Assembly (NCBI GenBank): GCA_963921275.4
Contig: OZ001293.3
Location: 1,344,001-1,408,000, forward strand
DNA length: 64,000 bases
Direction: 5' to 3'
Origin: an uncultured Hormoscilla sp.
Lineage (GTDB): Bacteria > Cyanobacteriota > Cyanobacteriia > Cyanobacteriales > Desertifilaceae
This document shows positions 1-9,785 of the stretch, piece after piece (position 1 is the stretch's first letter; each line of letters begins with the position of its first letter). The notes under the pieces were generated by a model. That model was not told the DNA's origin and searched no databases. It saw only the letters and a list, made by a program, of their open reading frames with translations. The position numbers were made by a program, and so were the translations under genes.

Positions 1-158
1 TGGTCAAAAGTCCAAACCCTGTCAGGAACGACTTCATGGCGGAGAGTCCGCCGCCTGCCATAAGGGTAAAGTGGTACAGCAGGCCAGAACGGCCATGAAA
101 AGTCTCTCGGATGCATCTGTTGTTCCTGCATTTGCACGTTTCTCGTGGTTTGAGCCAC
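1..158 (-). CDS. DUF4336-family protein, 5' part (runs off window start)
   Basis: Manual translation gives ...MHPRDFSWPFWPAVPLYPYGRRRTLRHEVVPDRVWTFDQ, the typical cyanobacterial DUF4336 N-terminus; purine-rich RBS before GTG at 158. Confidence 0.7.
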   Translation of the reverse strand, partial: MAQTTRNVQMQEQQMHPRDFSWPFWPAVPLYPYGRRRTLRHEVVPDRVWTFD

Positions 159-297
159 TTCCCTTCCTAAATAACCATCTCTCGAACTCTGAGTTTACCA
201 GATTAAAGACCACTTAGTCTAGCTTTCGGGAAAATTTTCGGGTTCTGGATGCTGCAAGGATTCTACACTATAACGATTTCAGGGAATTTTTTCATAA

Positions 298-915
298 CTA
301 TAACCTTCCTGCTTGAAAAATGCTGTCCGTTGTCAAGTCTAGTTCCGGGAAAATCTGAGATGACAAGCGCTGACCCGCAATAAAGCGCTGCATCTGGTAC
401 TCGCCTTCCATCAACTGACACACTGTTATAGTTGGTTGTTTGGGCTTGCCAATGTAACGGACTGCACCCAAAGCACGATAATCGACAATCCAATATTCGG
501 CAATACCCATTGCTTCATATTCTACTAACTTGTGCCCGTAGTCATCCCGCGAGTTTGTACTGACTACTTCGATGACTAAAGGTACTGTTTTGCCATTTTC
601 GATGACCGATGCTTTTGGCCATAGAGGTTTCTCTTTAATCAATTCTCTATCCAGAACCGCTACATCTGGTTTATATCCAGAACCAGGTGCCAGTGGTTTG
701 AGCAGACAACTTCTGGAAATAGAGTAATTCAGTTCCCGTTTATCAATTTACAAGTTTAGTTTTGCGACTAGAAAACCACTCAGGTCTTCATGAGGACCAG
801 TTGGCACCATTTCTACAATCACCCCTTCAATTAGTTTGTACTGTTTTCCGTTCTCTGGATACCACTCGATGAATTTCTCAAAACTCATGGGTTTTGCTTG
901 TACCTGAATCATGAT
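298..915 (-). pseudogene. Uma2-family endonuclease with in-frame stop
   Basis: ORFs 748..948 and 298..642 share a frame and are separated by TAA at 748-750; motifs YKPDVAV, LVIEVVS, EYWIVD. Confidence 0.8.
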
Positions 916-934
916 GGATACCTCATACTCTACT

Positions 935-1306
935 TCAGCTTTTCTCAATATAAGAACTCAGGAACACCAGTTGGTTTACCATCTTGGAGGCTGATTTTTC
1001 AGCAGCCAACTTCAGCAAGCCTCGTAACTTCTGTCCAATGGAGTATTGCTGCTGTATAACCAGGATAATTCCAGCATGGCTTTGTGACTGAACTATGAAG
1101 TCACGGTGCAATCGGCAAAAGTCTCCTTTATTGAAGCTGTAGATCGCACGTCCTTGTTCTGTTGCCCAAATCAATTGTTCTTCATCGGCATAACCCAATC
1201 TGTCAGCGTCTGCTACTGTGACGACATCTAAATCCGCATTTCGCAGGGCTGCGATTAGTGCCGACTTGATTGTATCTTCATCTAAATACAGGCGAATCCG
1301 GCTCAT
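935..1306 (-). CDS. DUF5615 PIN-like toxin (VapC45-like)
   Basis: RLYLDED...DEEQL...NKGDF...HAGII; overlaps the upstream DUF433 gene. Confidence 0.8.
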   Translation of the reverse strand: MSRIRLYLDEDTIKSALIAALRNADLDVVTVADADRLGYADEEQLIWATEQGRAIYSFNKGDFCRLHRDFIVQSQSHAGIILVIQQQYSIGQKLRGLLKLAAEKSASKMVNQLVFLSSYIEKS

Positions 1307-1611
1307 GATAACTTCCCTGCTTTATATTCAGCTTCAAGGCGACGACATTCTTTTTCATAGGCGGCAAATTCGGCATCCATTGCTGCTTTATTAGCGTAGT
1401 AATATGCTAAAGCAGTATAGATACCTGCAAGGGTCAGGTGGGGTTTATCTTCTATAATTTCTTCAGGAGTGACACCTGCCTTGATCTCATTAACGACGAA
1501 CTGAACCGTGATCCGGCTTCCGGCGATCCGGGGACGCCCGCCGCAGGTTCCGGGCGTCCTCACAATCATTGTACTAATGTCTGTCAGGGTTGGCCTTGTC
1601 AGGGTTGGCAT
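1303..1611 (-). CDS. DUF433 antitoxin
   Basis: TPGTCGGRPRIAGSRITV...LAYYY. Confidence 0.85.
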   Translation of the reverse strand: MPTLTRPTLTDISTMIVRTPGTCGGRPRIAGSRITVQFVVNEIKAGVTPEEIIEDKPHLTLAGIYTALAYYYANKAAMDAEFAAYEKECRRLEAEYKAGKLS

Positions 1612-1637
1612 AACTTCCTCCTCAATTTACTTGCTCA

Positions 1638-1967
1638 TTAATTATAGGCGAATCTGGATCGCGATCGCTTTCCTGCTTTATACTCAGCTTCAAGGCGACG
1701 ACATTCTTCTTCATAGGCGGCAAATTCGGCATCCATTGCTGCTTGATTAGCATAATAATATGCAAGTGCCGCATAAACCTGTCCCAAAGTTAGCTGCGGT
1801 CTTTCCGAGACGATCGCTTCTGGCGTCATTCCCGCCTGGAAGTCGATGACGATGTTATGAACTGTGATTCTGTGTCCGGCGATCCGGGGACGTCCGCCGC
1901 AGGTTCCGGGTGTTTTCACAATTATTGTACCAATGTCTGTCAGGGTTTCCATAGCTGACTTTCTCAT
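1638..1967 (-). CDS. DUF433 antitoxin, tandem paralog
   Basis: TPGTCGGRPRIAGHRITV; C-terminus nearly identical to 1303..1611. Confidence 0.85.
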   Translation of the reverse strand: MRKSAMETLTDIGTIIVKTPGTCGGRPRIAGHRITVHNIVIDFQAGMTPEAIVSERPQLTLGQVYAALAYYYANQAAMDAEFAAYEEECRRLEAEYKAGKRSRSRFAYN

Positions 1968-2021
1968 GGCTGTTTTGCTATTATAGACTAGATTGTTATC
2001 TTATCACAAGTATAGCAAATA

Positions 2022-2099
2022 GTAGGGTGAGCAGTAGGGTGGGCACTGCCCACCTTACGCTATCACGCAAATAGTAGGGTGGGCACTGCCCACCTTACC
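2022..2099. repeat. GTAG-type REP palindromes (GTAGGGTGGGCACTGCCCACC x2 plus a partial copy)
   Basis: Direct copies at about 2034 and 2074, each an internal palindrome. Confidence 0.7.
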
Positions 2100-2103
2100 C
2101 CTG

Positions 2104-4083
2104 ATGCCACTCTTAGAGAAAATATATCCGAGGAGACAGAATATAGTATATAATCATAGCAGTGATGGAAGCAGAGTAATGGTAAGATTAAAGTTATGGC
2201 AGTGGCTCATTTTGGCAACCCCGATCGCGGCGATCGCGATTTTCCTGATGGTAGCGGCGGGATTACAAATTCACTATTGGGGCATTAGTTGGATTTGGGG
2301 TATCTTTATTTTAATATTTGTGGGCTGGCGCTGGCTGCTGGTAAAATGGACTCGATCGACAGTATCTCAGGTAGAAGCGGCGGTAGCGGAGGTAGGCAAA
2401 AAACTGGAATCTGTAGCCGATGATGGCAGAATAGTAGGAGATGAATCTACAGAAAAAGCAGAAGCAGCATTGCAAGAGATCCTGGATAAGACAAGGACCG
2501 ATCGCCCGATATGGGATGACTGGCAAACATTTTGGCAGCGATGTCAAAATTTAGTAATCGCAGTCGCTCACATCTATTATCCGGAAGTAAAATATCCCCT
2601 GTTGAACATTTACATTCCTCAAGCATACGCCCTGTTCAGAGGTACATTGGATGACCTCGATCGCTGGATGGCACAGTTATCTCCGGCCCTCAATCAAGTA
2701 ACAGTGGGACAAGCATATCAGGCATATGAAGTATATCAGAAGCTGGAACCTTCGGCTCGAAAACTATGGAAAGCCTGGAATTGGGCCCAGTGGCTGTTAA
2801 ACCCAGTAGCGGCCTTGGCAAAACGAGCGAGTCAGCGCTATAGTACGGAGGCAAATCAGCAATTGCTGGTAAATTTGTCGGGACTGCTGCGGGAAACGGC
2901 TTTACGGAACTTGTGTCGGCAGGCGATCTGGCTTTACAGCGGCACGACTCTACCAACTGAAGCATTCCCTATTACGACCTCAACCCTACCGAAGGCCAAA
3001 ACTCAAACTCTGGGAGATATTCTCGCACAAGCCGAACCGGAACGGGCAGTCGAGCAAAAACCTGTTAATATTCTCCTAGTGGGACGAACGGGGTCTGGGA
3101 AAAGCAGTTTGATTAATACCTTATTTCAGGCAGAAATGGCCGCTGTTGATGTCTTGCCCAGTACCGATCGTATTGCCAATTACCATTGGCAGAGTAAAAC
3201 AGAAACTCTCACTCTTTGGGATACCCCTGGTTACGAACAGGTCAACCGTGGCGAACTGCGAGAACTCGTGCTAGACTATGCTAGTAATGCCGATCTGCTG
3301 CTGCTAGTTACTCCGGCTTTGGACCCGGCTTTGCAAATAGATGTGGACTTTCTCCACGATCTGCAGGCCCATGTCACAGACCTGCCTGTAATTACTATAG
3401 TTACTCAGGTAGATCGCCTGCGTCCCGTGCGGGAGTGGCAACCGCCCTACAACTGGCAAGGGGGTACGGATACTAAAGAAAGCAATATTCGCGCAGCTAC
3501 GGAGTATCGGGCAGAACTGTTAAAAGATACATGCGATCGGGTTTTGCCTGTGGTAACGGGGGACATTAAAACCGGGAGAACTGCCTGGAATGTAGAGGCC
3601 CTATCAGTGGCACTTGTAGAGGCGATCCCGCCTGCCAAGCAACTGCGCCTGGCCCGCTTTTTGCACGATCGGGAAGCGCGAACTATTGCTGCTGCGAAGA
3701 TCATCGATCGCTATACTTTTCAGATGGCAACTACACAGGGACTGACGGCATTACTGAAAAGTCCGGTCTTGCAATTCATTTCCACAATTTCAACTGGTAC
3801 TCCTGCCCTGGCCTATGTGCTAGCAGAGAAAATCCCTGTAGAACAGTTACCTGTAGTAATAGGGAAACTGCAGATGGCCTATGACTTATTTTCCCTGTTG
3901 AATAGTGATAGTAACCCGCTGAAATTTGACATGATCAAACTCTGGCCCCTGCTGCAAGAAAATACCGGTTCTCCCGAACAAAATGCTTGGGCATTTGGCC
4001 ACGCCTTGGTGGAGTATTGGACTCAGAATTTGGCGATCGAACAACTACAGGAGAAGTTTGATGAATATTTGCAGCAGGTTTGA
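2104..4083 (+). CDS. Membrane-anchored P-loop GTPase (Era/MMR_HSR1-like)
   Basis: Two N-terminal hydrophobic helices; GRTGSGKS, DTPG, TQVD motifs; real start may be about 2179. Confidence 0.8.
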   Translation: MPLLEKIYPRRQNIVYNHSSDGSRVMVRLKLWQWLILATPIAAIAIFLMVAAGLQIHYWGISWIWGIFILIFVGWRWLLVKWTRSTVSQVEAAVAEVGKKLESVADDGRIVGDESTEKAEAALQEILDKTRTDRPIWDDWQTFWQRCQNLVIAVAHIYYPEVKYPLLNIYIPQAYALFRGTLDDLDRWMAQLSPALNQVTVGQAYQAYEVYQKLEPSARKLWKAWNWAQWLLNPVAALAKRASQRYSTEANQQLLVNLSGLLRETALRNLCRQAIWLYSGTTLPTEAFPITTSTLPKAKTQTLGDILAQAEPERAVEQKPVNILLVGRTGSGKSSLINTLFQAEMAAVDVLPSTDRIANYHWQSKTETLTLWDTPGYEQVNRGELRELVLDYASNADLLLLVTPALDPALQIDVDFLHDLQAHVTDLPVITIVTQVDRLRPVREWQPPYNWQGGTDTKESNIRAATEYRAELLKDTCDRVLPVVTGDIKTGRTAWNVEALSVALVEAIPPAKQLRLARFLHDREARTIAAAKIIDRYTFQMATTQGLTALLKSPVLQFISTISTGTPALAYVLAEKIPVEQLPVVIGKLQMAYDLFSLLNSDSNPLKFDMIKLWPLLQENTGSPEQNAWAFGHALVEYWTQNLAIEQLQEKFDEYLQQV

Positions 4084-4095
4084 GTCAGTGTAAGT

Positions 4096-4385
4096 TGCGG
4101 TTCGTAGTAAGCACTAAAGTGCTACTGCCTTTACACGCATCTACTGCTAAACGCTAAAGCCTTTACTACGAACCTACTGCCTTTACACGCATCTACTGCT
4201 AAACGCTAAAGCCTTTACTACGAACCTACTGCCTTTACTCCCACCTACTGCTAAACGCTAAAGCCTTTACTACGAACCTACTGCCTTTACTCCCACCTAC
4301 TGCTAAACGCTAAAGCCTTTACTACGAACCTACTGCCTTTACTCCCACCTGCTGCTAAACGCTAAAGCGTTTACTACGAACCGCA
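4096..4385. repeat. REP array: five 52-bp tandem units inside 15-bp terminal inverted repeats
   Basis: Units start at 4122, 4174, 4226, 4278 and 4330; ends are TGCGGTTCGTAGTAA / TTACTACGAACCGCA. Confidence 0.9.
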
Positions 4386-4432
4386 GTATAATATAAACAT
4401 GCCACTAACAAAATCAATGAACATGCAAGCTT

Positions 4433-5022
4433 ATGTATGAATATCGCCGACTCACACCCGAACAACAAGCCGAATTGGTTGCAGAACGCCTATCTCGTGG
4501 CTTCCCTCCTCACTCCCCGCCTCATCAAGTTCGCGATCACCCCTATTATCTCCTCACAGCAGCCTGTTACGAACATAAATGTCACATGACAACTGCATCT
4601 CGCCGCCAGCACCTACTAAATCGCCTCTTTGAGAAATTTGTCACAAATGAAATCGACTTACTTGCCTGGGTCGTCTTACCCAATCACTATCATTTGCTGG
4701 TGCATGTCACCAACTTCGATACCATCAGCAACCTAATTCGTTTAGTTCACGGACCGATATCTCGTGAATGGAATATTGAGGAAAATGTCATAAAATTTGG
4801 TATAATTATTCAGATAGAGCCATTCGTTCTGAAAGACATTACTATACAACTCTCAACTATATCCACTACAACCCTGTTAAACATGGCTGGGTAAAGTCTC
4901 CTTATGACTGGTTAGATAGCAGCGTTCACTGGTATCTGGAAGATTACCGACGACAATGGTTACGCGATGCTTGGACAAGATATCCAGTTCGTGATTATGG
5001 TAGTGGTTGGAATGATGTCTAG
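4433..5022 (+). pseudogene. REP-associated tyrosine transposase (RAYT, Y1 HUH), frameshifted near 4790
   Basis: AWVVLPNHYHLL in the first frame; second frame reads KIWYNYSDRAIRSERHYYTTLNYIHYNPVKHG to TAG at 5022. Confidence 0.85.
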
Positions 5023-5139
5023 CAAATAGGTGCGAAAGCCGGGTAAAGATCCTTGGCAATTTATGCCAAATTACTCCTGACTCGCCCACTTCTTACTATG
5101 TTAAACTATTAAATAGTAAGCTATTCAGGTATTAAAGCC

Positions 5140-5829
5140 ATGGGACGCGATCTGGTAATAGAAATTTTATCTGCCCACGCCACCGAACTGACTGCTTTGG
5201 GGGTAAAATCATTGGCATTGTTTGGTTCCGTAGCCCGGGACGAGGCGAGAGAGGATAGCGATGTTGACTTGCTGATTGAATTTGAACCGGGAAAGTTACC
5301 CAAGGGCTTGGCTTTTTTTTGCTTTTACGAACAGCTAGAAAATTGGTTGGATGCGACTGTGGACTTGGCAAACCCCGATCGCCTGCACCGGCGCATGAAA
5401 AACCACATCCTCGCCGAAGCAATTCCCATTTTTTCCCAGAATGAAAATCAAGTAAGATTATATCCAACTGTGTCACAAGAACAACCGCGCAAAGATTGGC
5501 GCGTCTATATTGACGATATGCTAACAGCAGCAGCCAAAATCCAACGTTTTACCCAGTCTATTACTTTTGATTCCTTATTAATAGATGAAATGAGAATAGC
5601 AGCAGTGGAACGGGAAATCATCGTCATTGGCGAAGCTGCTGATAAGTTGATGAAAATCGCCCCAGAAATTCCCCAACTGTACCCATCAGTTGCGTGGAAT
5701 CAGATGAAGGGAATGCGAAATCGCTTGGTACATGGCTATTATGAAGTTAACTGGGAGATAATTTGGGAAGTAATTGAAGATGACATCCCCATCCTGATAG
5801 ACCAATTACAACAGATTTTGCAGCCATAA
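5140..5829 (+). CDS. Fused MNT nucleotidyltransferase and HepT/DUF86 HEPN RNase
   Basis: N-half FGSVARDEAREDSDVDLL (GSx10DxD); C-half MRNRLVHGY (Rx4HxY). Confidence 0.85.
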   Translation: MGRDLVIEILSAHATELTALGVKSLALFGSVARDEAREDSDVDLLIEFEPGKLPKGLAFFCFYEQLENWLDATVDLANPDRLHRRMKNHILAEAIPIFSQNENQVRLYPTVSQEQPRKDWRVYIDDMLTAAAKIQRFTQSITFDSLLIDEMRIAAVEREIIVIGEAADKLMKIAPEIPQLYPSVAWNQMKGMRNRLVHGYYEVNWEIIWEVIEDDIPILIDQLQQILQP

Positions 5830-6018
5830 CAATTAGTGAGGTAGCGGTTTGTGGGCTGCATCTGCATAAACAAAACCTTGATTATCCTTGTAAAAATGGG
5901 CGGTTTCAACCGTTCAGCCACAGCAGCGAGCGATTTGCTCTTGCCGATCAGGGATGCCCTGGTGTAAAATGGAATCACAACCCACTATTATTGTCACCAA
6001 ATCACCGGAGGTGCCACC

Positions 6019-6621
6019 ATGACTGCCAAACCCGGACGCTTTACTGCTAGAGTGCTAGCTACCGCTGTTACCCTCTCTGGCATTATAGCATGTTCTACCC
6101 AGGAAACAACCAATACTCCCGTGTCTAGGGAGCCCACCACATTCAAGTGTATGCTATACCAGAACACATGGGGAACCTTTGCTGAAAGAGGTAATGCTGT
6201 TTCCAAAGACCCGATGATTGTCTGGAATACTATAGAATTTGGTGATAAGTATACACCAGAGGAACGCTGTGACATTGTCTCCAAGCGCTTTACCGACGCG
6301 GTGGCTAGCAATGGGGGCATGTTGAGCAACTTGGATATAACTACCGGCACTCTGAAGAATTATCCAGTAATTTGCTTTGTCACTCAAACGGGGTCATCCA
6401 CCTCGGGGTCATCTCCTTGTAACGATCGCAATCTTCTCTTCACCCTGAAGAAGGAGAATGCGGACACTATTCAAAAACGTCGAGAGATCCTGGGAAGGTT
6501 AACTAATTTTAGTCAAGGCAAAACAGGTAGTGGCCCAGTATATGAAAGAGAGAAGTTTCCCGAGTCCATTCCTTTGGAAATTTTAGTAAATAAAATTCTG
6601 CCACAGGAAAGCGGTTGGTAA
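6019..6621 (+). CDS. COP23-domain exported protein
   Basis: Signal/lipoprotein-like N-terminus; YTPEERCDIVSKRF, YPVIC, LLFTL motifs. Confidence 0.75.
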   Translation: MTAKPGRFTARVLATAVTLSGIIACSTQETTNTPVSREPTTFKCMLYQNTWGTFAERGNAVSKDPMIVWNTIEFGDKYTPEERCDIVSKRFTDAVASNGGMLSNLDITTGTLKNYPVICFVTQTGSSTSGSSPCNDRNLLFTLKKENADTIQKRREILGRLTNFSQGKTGSGPVYEREKFPESIPLEILVNKILPQESGW

Positions 6622-6648
6622 GCACCTTTATGCCCGATCGTCCTTATC

Positions 6649-6761
6649 CTCGTTCCGGTGGGTCTCCCTGGGAACGCCGTCCCTGAGGCTCTGCCTCTCG
6701 TTGGCTGCCACAGGAGGCAGAGCTTCAGACTATCACTCCCAGGCAGAGCCCTTGAGCGAGA
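6649..6761. repeat. Cyanobacterial CTCGTTCCC...GAGGCTCTGCCTC/GAGGCAGAGC...GGGAACGAG palindromic repeat (MITE-like); partial copies near 8165-8213, 25822-25848 and 33868-33917
   Basis: Shared nested inverted-repeat motifs at several intergenic sites. Confidence 0.6.
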
Positions 6762-6861
6762 GATTATAATAAAATCTTGTTGGTACGTATTTTCAACCGA
6801 CTTTAGCCTCGTTACCAGGCTCGATGCCTGGTAACGCGGGGGTTTGAACCCCCTGCGGACC

Positions 6862-7975
6862 ATGAAACAAATGAAAAAGATGTCGAAACTATCAGCACTT
6901 CGGCTTGGCACTACCATCGCCCTAATGCAAGTCTCCATATTGGGGTGTACTAAATCTGCAACAGAGGTGACAAAGATCGCGAAGGAAATCACAGTGACAA
7001 TAGATGGCTGTAGTTCCGGTTCGGGGGTAATTTTCCAGTGACAGGACAACATCTACCACGTTTTGACAGCTAATCATGTTGTCAAGACTAACCAGGATTT
7101 TTGTAGAGTGATTACCCCCGATGGAGTGCGACACTCCCCAAATACTGCCAATATTAAACCCATCGAAGGAGTGGACTTGGCAGTAATGCAGTTTGACAGT
7201 TCCAATAGCTATAGAGTCGGGAAGTTGGGGAACTCCTCGGAAGTGGATATTGGCACAACAGTTTACGTCGCGGGCGTACCTGCATCGAGTGACGAGGTTC
7301 CACGCACGCTGCGGGTGAGTCCCGGTGAAATTATCGGTATCCCTCCACAGGCTCCAGAAGGCTATACCTTGATTTATAACAATACTACGCGCGGGGGGAT
7401 GAGTGGCGGTCCCATCTGGATGAATCAGGGGCGATCGTAGGCATTCACGGCAAAGGAAATCCAAGTGGTGGGATTAAAAGAATTATGGCATTCCGATCGA
7501 GAGGTATTTGCAAGTGCAGGCAACAGAACGGGAAGAATTGCGTTTTTTTTTCGTTTTCAGCTTGCTGGTTGGAGGCGGTGCGGCACTTTTATTGTATGTA
7601 GGTTCTCTATTAAATTCTAGCAATCTCCGTCATAGCTTAACTAGACCTTTACCTATCGTTCTCAGCTTGTTGGTTGGAGGCGGTACGGCACTCTTGTTTC
7701 AAAGGATGCAACCCGTAATATTGCAGTCTGTCTCAAATCTACCAGTAAAGGAGGAAATACCTGAGAAGCCAGTTGAGCCACCTCCCACAACTCCACCTTC
7801 AAAACCCCGGTCCGAACCCGCTGAATCATCTAATCCAGTCGAACAACCGAGAAACACTCAACCCATACCAGATCGGGAGCAAGTGCCTGCAAAATACCAG
7901 AAATTATGGGATTTCCTAAAGGGCGAGAGGCGGAGATAGAAACTGCCTGAGTTATGCTGCAAGTGGCAGAAGGTG
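6862..7975 (+). pseudogene. Trypsin-like serine protease with TM/Pro-rich linker and start of a GUN4-like domain; disrupted
   Basis: TGA at 7039-7041 in frame; catalytic motifs VLTANHVV, GVDLAV, GMSGGP; frameshifts near 7420-7500; YQKLWDFLK...ETA*VMLQVA is GUN4-like. Confidence 0.7.
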
Positions 7976-8302
7976 AAAAAGAAAGTTGAGTGTCCCTATC
8001 AACGAGCCTATCAACGAGAGATAAACGATCTGATTAGAGTTACCCGATTTCTTAACCGATGTCCTAGGATTATTGTACCGCTGGGGCGATCGCACTTTCT
8101 TTCTTTACTCTCCTTCCTAGACTCTAACTCTAAACGGGTCGCAGAAGTCTCTAGACTCCTGACACGAGGCTGGAGCCTCCCAGAAGCGTTCCCAGGCGGA
8201 GCCTAGGAACGAGAAAACGAGAAAAGGGGGTTGAAGCCGGTCCCCCCTTTTTAAGGTAGGTTCGTAGTAAACGCGAAGCGCGTTTAGCAGAACGATCGCT
8301 CC

Positions 8303-8632
8303 CTAAGAAGCCTGAGCAATTTCCACCATTTGCTGCAATTCGCCCGAATTGTACATTTCAATCATAACATCCGAACCGCCAACAAACTCTCCATTGATAT
8401 AAACTTGGGGAATCGTCGGCCAGTTGGAATATTCCTTAATTCCCTGACGGACTGCTTCATTTTCCAGCACATTAAACGTCTCGTAGGGGACGCCCAAACT
8501 ATTTAAAATTTGGACAACATTGTTAGAAAATCCGCACTGCGGCATCAATTTATCCCCCTTCATGAAGATCAAAATCTTGTGCTGCTCGATCGCCGCATCA
8601 ATTTGCGCTTTTAATTCTGGAGTTAGAGTCAT
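8303..8632 (-). CDS. grxD: Monothiol glutaredoxin Grx4
   Basis: PQCGFS and WPTIPQVY motifs. Confidence 0.95.
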   Translation of the reverse strand: MTLTPELKAQIDAAIEQHKILIFMKGDKLMPQCGFSNNVVQILNSLGVPYETFNVLENEAVRQGIKEYSNWPTIPQVYINGEFVGGSDVMIEMYNSGELQQMVEIAQAS

Positions 8633-8733
8633 ATTTCTCTGCCTGCAATTCTTTACTATCTTGTCCTTGCTTGAGTATTATCCACTCTCCGGAGAAAAAT
8701 GTTAACAGCTAACATTTTCCATGAGGCAGTGCC

Positions 8734-8994
8734 CTAGGCGCTAGCAACACCCGAAGAAGCTTCCCATTGGGCCGGAGTGTAGGTTTTCAGGGCCAGGGCG
8801 TGGAGAGCATTAGTCCCGATCGCCTCCTGTACCGATCCTAGAACCAGCTGATGCCGCTGCACCGTTCTTTTCCCTTCAAACTCGGACGAAACCACCACCG
8901 CTTCATAATGTTCTCTATCCTGAGTATAAAGCTGCACTCGAGCATCTGGGAGCTTCGCCTTAATCATGGCCTCAACCTCTGCTGGGTCAATCAT
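8734..8994 (-). CDS. bolA: BolA family protein
   Basis: HYEAVVVSSEFEGK...RHQLV...LHALALKT; adjacent to grxD. Confidence 0.9.
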   Translation of the reverse strand: MIDPAEVEAMIKAKLPDARVQLYTQDREHYEAVVVSSEFEGKRTVQRHQLVLGSVQEAIGTNALHALALKTYTPAQWEASSGVASA

Positions 8995-9035
8995 TGCATA
9001 CCTCTGTCACTCACTACCTGATACATTATTCTAAT

Positions 9036-9638
9036 TTAATTATCGCTGCTCGACTGGTTGTCACTGGGACGAGGATAGGGAGAATCAACGAACCCCAACT
9101 CAAACAACTGCTGGTAAGCCTTATTACCCAAATCACGAGTCGGATTTTGGCTGCGAATAATCTGAATCAATAAGGGTACCGCTAGTTCTGGCTGATTTTT
9201 GGCCCGATACACCAGTGCCAGCTGATAAGTTGTCTCATCCCGCTTCTCGGCGCTTTCTACCGCCTGACGGCGTTGGCCATCAGCAATCCGGTTGTCAATC
9301 CCGATAAAGCTACCAGCCAGTTGTCGATATAAGTTGGAAAGCTGATTGAACACTTGACGTGCCGATCTGAGTTTCTTCACTGCCAGATCATAATTTCCCG
9401 CATTTACCGCTGCGTTAGCCTCATCAATCAATTTTTCTCCTCCCGCCATGCTCAAAAGACTGCTATCTTTCAAAGGACGAAGGTCGCTAGAGTTTTCCTC
9501 CAGTTCCTGTACTGGTTGGGGGTATGCTGGCCGTTCTGGCCGCTCTATCTGGGCCGCCCCTGGCTGCACTAGGGTCAAAACTGCCGTGGAGGTTAGGAAA
9601 ACGAAACCGATCGATCTTAGGAGGCCAACAGTGCTCAT
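9036..9638 (-). CDS. Conserved cyanobacterial exported helical/TPR-like protein
   Basis: Signal peptide; YQLALVYRA...AVPLLIQIIRSQNPTRDLG. Confidence 0.65.
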   Translation of the reverse strand: MSTVGLLRSIGFVFLTSTAVLTLVQPGAAQIERPERPAYPQPVQELEENSSDLRPLKDSSLLSMAGGEKLIDEANAAVNAGNYDLAVKKLRSARQVFNQLSNLYRQLAGSFIGIDNRIADGQRRQAVESAEKRDETTYQLALVYRAKNQPELAVPLLIQIIRSQNPTRDLGNKAYQQLFELGFVDSPYPRPSDNQSSSDN

Positions 9639-9785
9639 AGAATCACTTACTATTTATTGGATGAATTTGTTGCCATGTTGAAGAGGGGTTAATAGGCAGA
9701 ATAACACGCTTGCTTAATTCCTTCACTGTCGTGATTCTCATAGTAGCGATTAACTCTGATATTTTCTTACCACAGGTTTAATTTT

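Noticed and set aside
4122..4381. CRISPR array
   Set aside because: The would-be spacers are nearly identical and there are no cas genes; it is a tandem REP array beside a RAYT
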